A stretch of 64,000 nt of DNA from contig JBAQNJ010000001.1 of the NCBI GenBank assembly GCA_049303675.1, forward strand, positions 472,711 to 536,710. Direction: 5' to 3'. The position numbers and the translations under genes are program-made. Positions 26,300 through 35,934 of this stretch are shown here, piece by piece; positions within the stretch are counted from its first letter, which is position 1, and each line of letters begins with the position of its first letter. The notes beneath the pieces were generated by a model. The model was not told the origin of the DNA. It did not search any database and saw only the letters and a program-made list of their open reading frames with translations. This DNA comes from Microgenomates group bacterium (lineage in GTDB: Bacteria > Patescibacteriota > Microgenomatia > UBA12405).

Positions 26300-28399
26300 A
26301 TGCCACGTGGACGCAAAAAGAAGGGGATCTTTCCCACTGTTAAATTAAAACCAGAAACCAGTAAAACTATTCTTTTTGTTTTCTTTTTTGTACTGGCACT
26401 TTTTTCGGTCGCGTCGTTTCTTCAGGTCGGGACCATTACCACTCAATACAACAATATTCTCACCCAATATTTTGGCTACGCCGCTGTCATGGTGCCATTT
26501 CTACTCCTGCTCATTTCCTTTTCTTTTTCCAAACTAAAGTTCCCTCTCAAAGAGGCCAATGTTCCTCTTGGTTTTACTGTCATGTTTATCGCTATTATTG
26601 GATTATTTTCCCAAGGAGTTGTCGGCAGCTTCTTTTGGTTCCAACTTATTACCATGTTTGGTTCTGTGGCTACATTATTAATTTTAATTCTCTCTTTTGT
26701 CATCGGTTTCGTCGTTTTATTTGACACCGATATTGCCACCATCATTAAGTTTATAATCAAAGTTTTTTTGGCAATCAAAAAAATTACAGTTGGTGATGGC
26801 ACTAGGTTTAGTAAAACCAAAAAATCAAAACTCGATAATGAGCCAATCTACATTCAGGATCAATCAAAATTAACCAAAGAAAAAGATGAAATTGGTGTAG
26901 CCCATATTGCCCCCATCTTCAAGTCTCCCACTCCGGCAATGAATCTCAGTCACAACTCAGGCTCTTCCCTCAAATCCAAAGACAACCAAATTTGGCAGTA
27001 TCCTACCCTAGATATTTTTGATAATACCCCAGGTGCCAAAGCCGACAGGGGAGATGTTCGCAAAAATGCCCAAACTATCGAAAAAACTCTCGAGTCATTT
27101 GGTATCACCGCCAGAGTTGCCGATGTCAACAATAGTCCTTCGGTCACTCAATATGCGCTTGAAGTAGCCCTTGGCACCAAGCTCGCCAAAATCGTTAGTC
27201 TCAGCAACGACCTAGCTATGGCTCTTGCTGCTCCGGGCGGTCAAATCCGCGTCGAAGCCCCCATCCCTGGTAAATCATTGGTCGGTATCGAGGTCCCCAA
27301 CCGATCTCTCGAAGTTGTCCCCATACGAACTATTTTGGCCTCCGACGTCATGAGCTCAGCCAAGTCCAAGATTTCTGTACCCTTAGGCTTGGACGTTGCC
27401 GGACAACCCCGTATTGCTGATATCGCCAAAATGCCACATGTTTTAATTGCTGGCCAGACAGGTTCGGGAAAATCAGTTTGTGTTAATTCTTGGATTTCCA
27501 CTATGTTATATCGGTCTTCACCCTCGGAGCTGCGTCTTATTATGGTCGATCCCAAACGTGTCGAGTTGACTCCCTACAATGGTATTCCCCACTTGTTAAC
27601 CCCAGTCATTGTCGAGCCGGAAAAAGTTCTCTCCGCTCTCAAATGGGCGGTCAAAGAAATGGAGGAGCGGTACAAGAGATTTACCGAAGTTGGCGCCAAA
27701 AACATTGAGAGCTACAATAACATGGCCGGTTTTCAGTCAATGTACTATATTATTATTGTCATCGACGAATTAGCTGAAATTATGCTTTTCTCCCCCTCAG
27801 AAGTCGAGGACAATATTTGTCGTATCGCCCAAATGGCTCGAGCAGTAGGAATACATCTTGTTCTGGCCACTCAGCGTCCCTCTGTCAATGTTATTACTGG
27901 TCTTATCAAGGCCAATATTCCTACCCGTATTGCCTTTGCTGTTTCTTCAATGACCGACTCGCGGGTAATATTGGACAGCCCTGGTGCCGAGAAACTCCTC
28001 GGTAGGGGAGATATGTTATATATTCCCCCAGAGTTAGCCAAGCCGGTTCGAGTTCAAGGATGCTTCATCTCCGACAAAGAAATTGAAAAGTTGATCAATC
28101 ATCTCAAATCTCAAAAAGTGACCGACTACAATGATGAGATTACCTCCCAACCAGTCAATATCCCAGGGTCAAAAAACAACAATATCGTCAAAGTAGACGG
28201 CGAAAATCACGACGCCCTGTTTAGCGAGGCAGTCGCTTATATCAAGGAAACCCGCACCGCCTCCGCCACCAATCTCCAAACCCATTTCACTATTGGTTTT
28301 GCTCGTGCCCGTCGAATTCTCAACGAGTTGGAATCAGCTGGTGTTGTTGGTCCAGTCAACGGTGCCAAGCCCCGTGAAATACTTGTTCCTCGTAATTGA
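26300..28399 (+). CDS. ftsK: DNA translocase FtsK/SpoIIIE
   Basis: N-terminal polytopic membrane domain, motor domain with GQTGSGKS Walker A and VIDELAE Walker B, and a C-terminal winged-helix gamma domain. Confidence 0.9.
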   Translation: MPRGRKKKGIFPTVKLKPETSKTILFVFFFVLALFSVASFLQVGTITTQYNNILTQYFGYAAVMVPFLLLLISFSFSKLKFPLKEANVPLGFTVMFIAIIGLFSQGVVGSFFWFQLITMFGSVATLLILILSFVIGFVVLFDTDIATIIKFIIKVFLAIKKITVGDGTRFSKTKKSKLDNEPIYIQDQSKLTKEKDEIGVAHIAPIFKSPTPAMNLSHNSGSSLKSKDNQIWQYPTLDIFDNTPGAKADRGDVRKNAQTIEKTLESFGITARVADVNNSPSVTQYALEVALGTKLAKIVSLSNDLAMALAAPGGQIRVEAPIPGKSLVGIEVPNRSLEVVPIRTILASDVMSSAKSKISVPLGLDVAGQPRIADIAKMPHVLIAGQTGSGKSVCVNSWISTMLYRSSPSELRLIMVDPKRVELTPYNGIPHLLTPVIVEPEKVLSALKWAVKEMEERYKRFTEVGAKNIESYNNMAGFQSMYYIIIVIDELAEIMLFSPSEVEDNICRIAQMARAVGIHLVLATQRPSVNVITGLIKANIPTRIAFAVSSMTDSRVILDSPGAEKLLGRGDMLYIPPELAKPVRVQGCFISDKEIEKLINHLKSQKVTDYNDEITSQPVNIPGSKNNNIVKVDGENHDALFSEAVAYIKETRTASATNLQTHFTIGFARARRILNELESAGVVGPVNGAKPREILVPRN

Positions 28400-28442
28400 T
28401 TTTCATGAAAAATCTCCATAATCTCCAATCATTCACCTATCT

Positions 28443-28477
28443 ACTGTTCACTGTTAACTATTAACTGATAACTGATC
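28443..28477 (+). repeat. tandem heptamer array (ACTGTTC ACTGTTA ACTATTA ACTGATA ACTGATC), ending 1 nt before the rodZ-like ATG
   Basis: Five contiguous heptamers; homologous to the arrays at 20850 and 26263. Confidence 0.6.
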
Positions 28478-28478
28478 A

Positions 28479-29090
28479 ATGTTTCGCACTTCTATTATTC
28501 TCAAAAACGCCCGCGAAGATAAGGATTTGACAGTTGCCGAGGTTAGCAAAAAACTAAAAATTTCCCAAAAATATATCGAGGCAATTGAAAATGAAAACCG
28601 TTCCCTTTTCCCTTCAGAACCATATTGTTCACTCATAATTAAGGACTACGCCAGTTTTTTGGGACTATCTCCAGATGATATTTTATCTCTTTTCCGACGA
28701 GATTTCGCTGCTAACCCCTGTCAAACTAACCCTACTCCTGTAAAATTTTTTTTGACTCCTCAAACCACCTTCAGAGTAGCTGTCGTGGCCACAATTTTTA
28801 TTTTTGTTGTCTATGTCGTTACTGAATATTTCAAATACAACCAAGCCCCTCCACTTAAAATAAATTGGCCCAGTGATGCAGGGCTCACCCTCGCTTCCAA
28901 GATTGAGATTACTGGTTCAACCGATGCTGAGTCGACCGTCAGAGTCGACAACGATTTAATTATTGTCGATCAATTCGGCAATTTCAAAAAAATAATCAGC
29001 TTGATTAAGTCGGATCAAATAATTGCCATCGAGTCTCGTTCCCACAGTGGCAAAACCACCCGTGTCGAAAAAACCTACCATCCCCAATAA
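28479..29090 (+). CDS. RodZ-like membrane protein (N-terminal XRE-type HTH, TM helix, extracytoplasmic C-domain)
   Basis: LTVAEVSKKLKISQKYIEAIENEN HTH; TM helix VAVVATIFIFVVYVV. Confidence 0.5.
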   Translation: MFRTSIILKNAREDKDLTVAEVSKKLKISQKYIEAIENENRSLFPSEPYCSLIIKDYASFLGLSPDDILSLFRRDFAANPCQTNPTPVKFFLTPQTTFRVAVVATIFIFVVYVVTEYFKYNQAPPLKINWPSDAGLTLASKIEITGSTDAESTVRVDNDLIIVDQFGNFKKIISLIKSDQIIAIESRSHSGKTTRVEKTYHPQ

Positions 29091-29122
29091 CACTTTTTTC
29101 TAATTTAGTTTATACTTTTCTT

Positions 29123-29377
29123 ATGGACATAACCCAAATATTTATTATTATTAGTCTGACAATTATTTCTCTAGCAATTGCCTTTTCAACATATTATCTC
29201 ATCGGGTTAATTAAGGAATTATCCACAGCTACCAGCAAAATTACCCAAATTCTCGACGACACCCACAAAATAACTCAGTCTGTCTCACGTCCAGTCTCTT
29301 CTTTTTCCGACTTTCTCATGGGATTCCAAAATGGATTCAAAATCTTTAACAACTTTTTTGATAAGAAGGAGAAATAG
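29123..29377 (+). CDS. hypothetical small membrane protein (84 aa)
   Basis: N-terminal TM helix IFIIISLTIISLAIAF. Confidence 0.4.
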   Translation: MDITQIFIIISLTIISLAIAFSTYYLIGLIKELSTATSKITQILDDTHKITQSVSRPVSSFSDFLMGFQNGFKIFNNFFDKKEK

Positions 29378-29379
29378 TT

Positions 29380-29679
29380 ATGTGTGATTGTGATCACGAC
29401 CATCAAAATAGTAGTGGTTTTATTTTTGGAATATTTTTAGGAGCAATAATTGGGGCTGTCGTGGCTATTTATATTTATAAAAATAACCAGACAGATATTT
29501 TTGAAAATCTCAAATCCAAATTAGCTAAGTATTTCCAAGATTTTACAGCCCCATCTAAACCCCAAAAATCAAAAAAAATAAAGTCATCAAAAATCTCTGT
29601 TTCCATTCCCTCAAAAGTCGAATCTCTCGATTTGACTCCACCCAAAATCTCCAAACCCCAGAAAATGTTCAAAAAATAG
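29380..29679 (+). CDS. hypothetical small membrane protein (99 aa, Gly-zipper TM, Lys-rich tail)
   Basis: GFIFGIFLGAIIGAVVAIYIY TM helix. Confidence 0.4.
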   Translation: MCDCDHDHQNSSGFIFGIFLGAIIGAVVAIYIYKNNQTDIFENLKSKLAKYFQDFTAPSKPQKSKKIKSSKISVSIPSKVESLDLTPPKISKPQKMFKK

Positions 29680-29704
29680 CGCTGTCTCTTGATATAATCC
29701 CTCT

Positions 29705-31411
29705 ATGAACGCCCGCGAATTAAAAAACAAATATATTAAATTCTTTGTCAGCAAAGGCCATGTTGAAATTCCCTCAGCCTCACTCGTCCCCGACAATGAC
29801 CCCACCACTCTTTTTATTTCTGCCGGTATGCACCCGTTAGTTCCCTTTTTGTTGGGCCAGCCTCATCCACTTGGCAATAGACTGGTTGACGTTCAAAAAT
29901 GTGTCCGCACCGGTGACATCGACGAAGTCGGCGATACCACCCATCATACTTTCTTTGAGATGCTTGGCAACTGGTCTCTCGGCGACTATTTTAAAAATGA
30001 AGCTCTGAATTGGAGCTATGAGTTTATCACCCAGCATCTTAGTCTCGATAAATCACGCTTATCAGTAACTTGTTTTGCTGGTAATCAAGATTCGCCCAAA
30101 GATACCCAAAGTTCAGACATTTGGGAAAAGATAGGTATTTCAAAAGATAAAATCAGATTTTTACCCAAAGAAGATAATTGGTGGGGCCCAGCCGGTACTA
30201 CCGGTCCCTGTGGTCCCGATTCGGAAATGTTTATTGATGGAGTCGAAATTTGGAATGACGTCTTTATGCAGTTTAATAAAAATTCACAAGGCGAATACGA
30301 ATCTTTAGTCAAACCAAATGTTGATACCGGTATGGGAGTCGAGCGCACTACTGCCCTATTACAGGGACTTAGTGACAACTATTTGTCCACTATCTGGCTG
30401 CCCATTATCCATCGAATTGAAGAATTATCCAATCAAAAATATCCAGATAACTCGCGTTCTTTTAGGATAATTGCCGATCATTTACGGGCTTCTGTTTTCA
30501 TTATCGCCGATGGAGTCGAGCCCTCCAACAAAGAAGCTGGTTATGTCCTCCGTCGCCTCATTCGTCGTGCAATTCGTCAAGGAAAACTCCTTGGTATAGA
30601 GACAAATTTTTGTTCAATAATAGCTCAATCTATTTTGGGTAATCAAGACAATTACGCTGGTGTTTACCCAGAGCTAAATGAAAATCAGGAGAAGATAAAA
30701 CAAATTTTAGACGCCGAAGAAAATAAGTTCAGAAAAACCTTAGATAGGGGATTAAATGAAATCAATAAATTAATCAGTCGTCAACATAATGTCTCCGGTA
30801 AAGAGGCTTTTGATCTTTATCAGTCCTCAGGATTCCCAGTTGAAATGGTCGAAGAAGAATTGGCCAAAAACAATCTGTCCTTAGATAAGGATGAATTTCA
30901 AAAATTCAAAGACGAACACATCAAGCTCTCTCAGACACTCTCTGCTGGCAAATTCAAGTCTGGATTAGCAGACCATAGTGAAATAATTACCCGCTATCAC
31001 ACTGCTACCCACTTGTTACATGCAAGTTTGCGTAAAATCTTGGGAGATCATGTCCAGCAATCAGGCTCCAATATCACTGGTGAGAGATTGAGATTTGATT
31101 TCAGCCATCCCCAAAAACTTACACCTGAGCAAATATCAAGCATAGAAAACATGGTCAATGACCAAATTGACAGAAGTTTAGAGGTTACCCGTAACGAAAT
31201 GAAATTTACTGAGGCTCAAAAATCCGGCGCTCTTGCTTTTTTTGGCACCAAATACCCCGAGGTAGTCAGTGTTTACACAATTGGAGATTTTAGTAAAGAA
31301 GTCTGTACCGGACCTCATGTCGAAAATATTGGAAAATTAGGTAAATTCAAAATCACCAAAGAAGAGTCAGCTAGCTCCGGCCGTCGGCGCATCTATGCTG
31401 TTTTAGAATAG
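29705..31411 (+). CDS. alaS: alanine--tRNA ligase, compact form (catalytic and editing-like domains, no C-Ala domain)
   Basis: N-terminal class II AlaRS core (FFVSKGH..PSASLVP.NDPTTLFISAGM, WGPAGTTGPCGPDSE) and a C-terminal editing-domain zinc motif HTATHLLH...CTGPHV. 568 aa versus about 870 aa typical. Confidence 0.85.
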   Translation: MNARELKNKYIKFFVSKGHVEIPSASLVPDNDPTTLFISAGMHPLVPFLLGQPHPLGNRLVDVQKCVRTGDIDEVGDTTHHTFFEMLGNWSLGDYFKNEALNWSYEFITQHLSLDKSRLSVTCFAGNQDSPKDTQSSDIWEKIGISKDKIRFLPKEDNWWGPAGTTGPCGPDSEMFIDGVEIWNDVFMQFNKNSQGEYESLVKPNVDTGMGVERTTALLQGLSDNYLSTIWLPIIHRIEELSNQKYPDNSRSFRIIADHLRASVFIIADGVEPSNKEAGYVLRRLIRRAIRQGKLLGIETNFCSIIAQSILGNQDNYAGVYPELNENQEKIKQILDAEENKFRKTLDRGLNEINKLISRQHNVSGKEAFDLYQSSGFPVEMVEEELAKNNLSLDKDEFQKFKDEHIKLSQTLSAGKFKSGLADHSEIITRYHTATHLLHASLRKILGDHVQQSGSNITGERLRFDFSHPQKLTPEQISSIENMVNDQIDRSLEVTRNEMKFTEAQKSGALAFFGTKYPEVVSVYTIGDFSKEVCTGPHVENIGKLGKFKITKEESASSGRRRIYAVLE

Positions 31412-31436
31412 AGACCATTTGTAGTATTCTTATACT

Positions 31437-33518
31437 GTGGATAACAAGTCATTTTGGTTAGCAAACATTGGTCTCGATACTCTCTCTATCTCCCTAGTCA
31501 CCTATGATCAAAATTTTCAAGTCTCTTCCCTTGGCCCAGTAACTCCCTATAAATTAGACCCAGTTGATTTTTCTGCTGCGGTCGACCTCTCTCTTTCTAC
31601 CGCCGCTGAAAACATTTCCTTGTTACCAGAACTAGAGCCAGATACTATTGCTTTGATAATTCCTCCCTATTGGGTGGGCAATGATGGCAAGATTATGGCG
31701 GAAAAGCTAAAATTGTTTGAAGAATTATTTAAGAGTCTGAAATTACGTCCTATGGGTTTTATCTGTTACGATGATGCCATCGCCGAAGCCAACAATCAAA
31801 TTGAAGGATATCCGGCTAGCTTTGTACTGGTCAATTTTTCCACTTCAATCATGACGGTATCTCTCGTTTATCTGGGTAAAGTAATTGAGAGAATCCAGAA
31901 AAACGCCGATCAAAATTTTAACTCAAATCTACTGGAATCAACTCTCATCGAATTTGAGAGCGAATCGACCCTGCCGCCCCAAATTATTGTTACCGGTGAC
32001 TATTCCGAAATGACACTGGAAAGTATCAAGTCTTATCCCTGGATCAATCGAAAAGACGTTGAAACATTCCTCCATTTTCCCGATATAAAATCCTATTCTC
32101 CCAAAGAGCTTGCCAGCATTTATCTCAAAGCTGTCACTAATCAATTTGAAAACTTGCCCCCTGCCCCATTATCAAAACCACCTCAACCGGAGGTGGCTGT
32201 TGAAGAGCTTATAATTGAAAACCCTTCTTCCCCTTTAGTTGGTGTCGATCCCGAAGACGTCGGTTTTGGACCAGTTGATACCAATTTTGCCACTCCGTCA
32301 GTCGAGATCGAAACGGTGACAAATGAATTTACTCCCCCAGCGCCAACTCTCCCCAAGACAAAGTTTTCCTTTCCCAAACTAAGCTTTAGGTTCCCCTCAT
32401 TTCCCAAAATATCCCACAATATTTTTTTTATACCACTCACTCTCTCTCCTCTCCTAATTTTGATTCCATTCTTCTTTTCCACTGCCCAAATCACTCTCTA
32501 TCTCACTCCCTATGTCTTTACCAAAACTATCCCTGCCACATTTGACTCCACTATTTCTTCAGTTGATTTACCCAATAATCGATTTCCCATCACTAGCCAA
32601 TCAAAAGAACTTACCACCTCTGTTTCTGTTGCTGCCACTGGCCAAAAAACTACTGGCGATCGGGCCGGAGGCGAGGTAACTATTTTCAATAAATCTGACA
32701 AGGCAATCAGTTTAACTAGGGGGACAATCCTCTCCGACTCCGCTACCCATAAATTTGAGTTGGAATCTGCTGTTCAAATAGCTGCTAGTAGTTCTGACCT
32801 TACTATGGGTGTAATTACTCTCGGACAGACAAAGGCCATGATAAAGGCACTCGATATTGGTCCAGAATATAATCTGGAGAAAGATGTTCGACTGCAAATC
32901 AAAGATTATTCTGATGCAATTATAATTGTCAAAGTTAACTCATCTTTGGCAGGGGGGACTCGTCGTCAAATAACTGCAGTTTCCGCCACCGACAAAAATA
33001 ATCTTGACAACAAATTAAAGGAATCTATCAACTCCACTATTTCCCAATATACCCAACAAATTTCTACAGATACAAAGATAATTCCCGAGCTTACCAAAAC
33101 CACCAGGGGTCGAGTCGAGTATAATCGTGAAGTTGGTGAGGAAGCAGATGAACTCAGTACCACCGTTATCACCACCATCACCACCTATTTTTTCACCGAC
33201 ACTCAAAAATCAATTATTTCTGAGGCACTTTTTTCCACAGACCCAGATTACAGTTCCACTTCCTCAAATTTTAACCAATTTTCAGTTGGCTTTTTACCCA
33301 ACAAGCAGACTATATTTACTGTTCAATATTTACCCAAAGTGGCTGTCGCTACTATTGCCAAGCTGGCTACTGGCAAAAGCCAAGCTCGTGCCATTTCCCT
33401 AATTAAAAAAAGTTTACCAAGGGTTTACAATTATCAAATTAGTACCAATTTCTCTGCCATCACCCTTATCAACCCATTACCTCTCCGGTCAGAAAATATT
33501 TCTGTTACCATCAAATAG
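31437..33518 (+). CDS. hypothetical bitopic membrane protein with a PilM/FtsA-like (actin-fold) cytoplasmic N-domain and a large extracytoplasmic C-domain
   Basis: N-terminal LANIGLDTLSISLV...ALIIPPYWV...GFICYDDAIAEA resembles PilM/FtsA phosphate-1/2 regions. The central TM is NIFFIPLTLSPLLILIPFFF. GTG start. Confidence 0.35.
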   Translation: MDNKSFWLANIGLDTLSISLVTYDQNFQVSSLGPVTPYKLDPVDFSAAVDLSLSTAAENISLLPELEPDTIALIIPPYWVGNDGKIMAEKLKLFEELFKSLKLRPMGFICYDDAIAEANNQIEGYPASFVLVNFSTSIMTVSLVYLGKVIERIQKNADQNFNSNLLESTLIEFESESTLPPQIIVTGDYSEMTLESIKSYPWINRKDVETFLHFPDIKSYSPKELASIYLKAVTNQFENLPPAPLSKPPQPEVAVEELIIENPSSPLVGVDPEDVGFGPVDTNFATPSVEIETVTNEFTPPAPTLPKTKFSFPKLSFRFPSFPKISHNIFFIPLTLSPLLILIPFFFSTAQITLYLTPYVFTKTIPATFDSTISSVDLPNNRFPITSQSKELTTSVSVAATGQKTTGDRAGGEVTIFNKSDKAISLTRGTILSDSATHKFELESAVQIAASSSDLTMGVITLGQTKAMIKALDIGPEYNLEKDVRLQIKDYSDAIIIVKVNSSLAGGTRRQITAVSATDKNNLDNKLKESINSTISQYTQQISTDTKIIPELTKTTRGRVEYNREVGEEADELSTTVITTITTYFFTDTQKSIISEALFSTDPDYSSTSSNFNQFSVGFLPNKQTIFTVQYLPKVAVATIAKLATGKSQARAISLIKKSLPRVYNYQISTNFSAITLINPLPLRSENISVTIK

Positions 33519-33519
33519 C

Positions 33520-34254
33520 ATGGGTTATATTTATCTCAAAAATGACGACAAACCCAAAGTCGCCGTCCTCAGTTTTACTCAGAAAAAAGTAATCGCCGGA
33601 ATTCTTTTTGCCCTAGGTATATTTTTATTTTCCTCTGCCCTATTACCTATCATCACTTTTCAAATCGAATATTCTTCCAAGTTTGGACAAATAATCAACC
33701 CTCTTTCTGCCAAGTATTACAACAATACTGGTGGAGTTTTAGGTGATGTCGCTGGCAATGATTACACTCAGCTCAGTAATTGGTTTATCAGTGATGGGCA
33801 TACTGATACCAACTCACTCATCCCCCAAAGTTCTTCACCGTTACAAACATACCATCTCTCTATTCCCAAGCTCAATATTACCGATGCTGTGGTCACTCTG
33901 GGTAGTATGGATCTCAAAAAAAGTTTAATTCAGTATCCCCAGACTGCCCTCCCTGGACAGCTGGGTAGCGGGGTAGTCTTCGGCCATTCTGTCCTGCCTC
34001 AGTTTTTCAATCCAAAATCATATTTAACCATATTTTCCACGCTTTATCGGCTAAAACAAGGTGACGAAATTTTTATCGACTTCGACAACATTCATTATCG
34101 TTATTTGGTCGAAGAAATGTATGAAGTCCAACCCACCGATCTCTCAGTTCTGGAACAAAGATTCGATGGCAGATATTTCACCCTCATAACCTGCAGCCCG
34201 CCAGGTACCTACCTCCGTCGGCTAGTTATTCGTTCTCGGATTGATACTTTATGA
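33520..34254 (+). CDS. sortase (transpeptidase)
   Basis: N-terminal TM anchor, catalytic His region (GHS), and the conserved LITC motif in FTLITCSPPGT with Arg downstream (RRLVIRS). Confidence 0.75.
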   Translation: MGYIYLKNDDKPKVAVLSFTQKKVIAGILFALGIFLFSSALLPIITFQIEYSSKFGQIINPLSAKYYNNTGGVLGDVAGNDYTQLSNWFISDGHTDTNSLIPQSSSPLQTYHLSIPKLNITDAVVTLGSMDLKKSLIQYPQTALPGQLGSGVVFGHSVLPQFFNPKSYLTIFSTLYRLKQGDEIFIDFDNIHYRYLVEEMYEVQPTDLSVLEQRFDGRYFTLITCSPPGTYLRRLVIRSRIDTL

Positions 34255-34637
34255 ACTACTTAGCCATTGACTACGGTACTAAAAATATCGGATTAGCCTA
34301 CTCAGTCTTGGGGATAATTTCCACATTAGATGCCATTCCCAATAGTCCTCAAACCATAACTAAAATACAAAAAATTATTATCGATTATCAAATATCTAAA
34401 ATATATGTTGGCCTAAGTGAAGGTGTCATGGCCAAAAAAACTTTAGCCTTCGTCGTCCAGCTTCGATCCATGCTAAACTTAACTATTGAAACGGTGGAGG
34501 AAGCTGTTTCAACGATCGAGGCTACCTCAATTTATCAACAAAACAAGTTGCCTCGCAAAAAATATAAAAAACTAGTTGATTCAATTTCTGCAGCCGTAAT
34601 TTTAAATCGCGTTATTAGTTCATCATCATATGATTAA
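34251..34637 (+). CDS. ruvX: RuvX/YqgF Holliday-junction resolvase-like protein (putative pre-16S rRNA nuclease)
   Basis: MNYLAIDYGTKNIGLAYS N-terminal RNase H-like motif; 128 aa. Sits in the alaS...ruvX...mltG neighbourhood. Confidence 0.85.
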   Translation: MNYLAIDYGTKNIGLAYSVLGIISTLDAIPNSPQTITKIQKIIIDYQISKIYVGLSEGVMAKKTLAFVVQLRSMLNLTIETVEEAVSTIEATSIYQQNKLPRKKYKKLVDSISAAVILNRVISSSSYD

Positions 34638-34827
34638 AAGTTTAATTAGTCCAATTCAAGCGTGGTTATTATCCCAAAGTCGTTGTGTGGCTTGCGGTGA
34701 GTCACTGTTGTCTGGCAGGGTCAATGGTGTCAGAGGCCAAGAATTAGTTACTTGTCGTTGTGGTCGTGTATTCGTCCACGACACCAAAAAAGATCTTTAT
34801 CGTCGTGCCTTGTTTGACGAAATCTAA
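34630..34827 (+). CDS. hypothetical small zinc-ribbon-like protein (65 aa)
   Basis: CVACG...CRCG cysteine pairs. Confidence 0.4.
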   Translation: MIKSLISPIQAWLLSQSRCVACGESLLSGRVNGVRGQELVTCRCGRVFVHDTKKDLYRRALFDEI

Positions 34828-35738
34828 TGAAGAAGTACTCAATCCTCTTTACTATTCTCGGTCTGGTCATTTTTACTTTTTGGTTTATCAACACCAGTAT
34901 GTTGCCAGTCAGTAGTGACACTACCATTTCCCAATTTGTCATCAATCAAGGTGAAGGTGTCAATCAAATTAGTACTAGATTAGCCAAAAATAAGTTAATT
35001 AGAAACAAATACACCTTTCTTTTTTTAGCTCACAAGCTCGGTCTAAACAATTATCTCCAAGCCGGTTTATTTAAATTATCTCCCTCACTTTCGACAGAGG
35101 ATATAATCAATAGGCTGAGCTCTGGTGGCAACTCTGACTATTGGCTCAAAATTATCGATGGCCAGAGAATTGCCCAAATTCAGCCGTTATTTGATAATAG
35201 TCTTGAGGGATATATTTTCCCTGACAGTTATTTGATTCCCCAAGATTATTCTACCGACCAAATTCTCACTATTATTAAAGACAATTTTGACAAGAAGTAC
35301 CAAGAGGCATCAATCAATGCTACCTCCAAGTTGACTCAAAAAGAGATTATCATTTTGGCATCGCTATTGGAACGTGAGGCTCGGACCCTAGTTTCCAAGC
35401 AAATGGTAGCTGGGATACTCATGAACCGTCTCTCCATAAATATGGCTCTGCAATTAGATGCCACCGCCCAGTACGCCCGCGATTCCAAAAACCCTCCAGC
35501 CAAGTACTGGTTGCCGGCCACCATCAAAAATCTAGATATTAAATCAGCCTACAACACTTATCATCAACCTGGCCTACCCCCCGGTCCAATTTGTAATCCA
35601 GGCTATGATTCTATTTATGCTGCCCTCCATCCCACCGAATCAGATTATATGTACTATCTCACTGGCACCGACAATCAAATGCATTACGCTAAATCATTGG
35701 CGCAGCACAACGACAACATTGCCAAATATTTAAAATGA
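34827..35738 (+). CDS. mltG: endolytic murein transglycosylase MltG (YceG-like)
   Basis: N-terminal TM, a YceG domain with LASLLEREA and a C-terminal YYLTGTDNQMHYAKSLAQHN motif. Confidence 0.85.
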   Translation: MKKYSILFTILGLVIFTFWFINTSMLPVSSDTTISQFVINQGEGVNQISTRLAKNKLIRNKYTFLFLAHKLGLNNYLQAGLFKLSPSLSTEDIINRLSSGGNSDYWLKIIDGQRIAQIQPLFDNSLEGYIFPDSYLIPQDYSTDQILTIIKDNFDKKYQEASINATSKLTQKEIIILASLLEREARTLVSKQMVAGILMNRLSINMALQLDATAQYARDSKNPPAKYWLPATIKNLDIKSAYNTYHQPGLPPGPICNPGYDSIYAALHPTESDYMYYLTGTDNQMHYAKSLAQHNDNIAKYLK

Positions 35739-35758
35739 TTTATAGTGTAAAATAAACT

Positions 35759-35929
35759 ATGGCTAAGAATAAGAACCGCAAATCAACTATTGTTACTGAA
35801 ATTACTCTCGGCGGCAAAAAAATCAAAATAGGTAAAGATGCAGTCAAAAGTACCAAAGGAGGATCTTTTGAAGAACTAGTGAAGGGTTTAAAGAAATTAG
35901 CCAAAAAAAACATATTTGAATATACCTAG
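35759..35929 (+). CDS. small basic protein (56 aa), candidate antitoxin partner of the downstream PIN protein
   Basis: ATG..TAG ORF below the track cutoff; Lys-rich. Its stop lies 5 nt before the PIN gene start. Confidence 0.3.
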   Translation: MAKNKNRKSTIVTEITLGGKKIKIGKDAVKSTKGGSFEELVKGLKKLAKKNIFEYT

Positions 35930-35934
35930 TGTAA

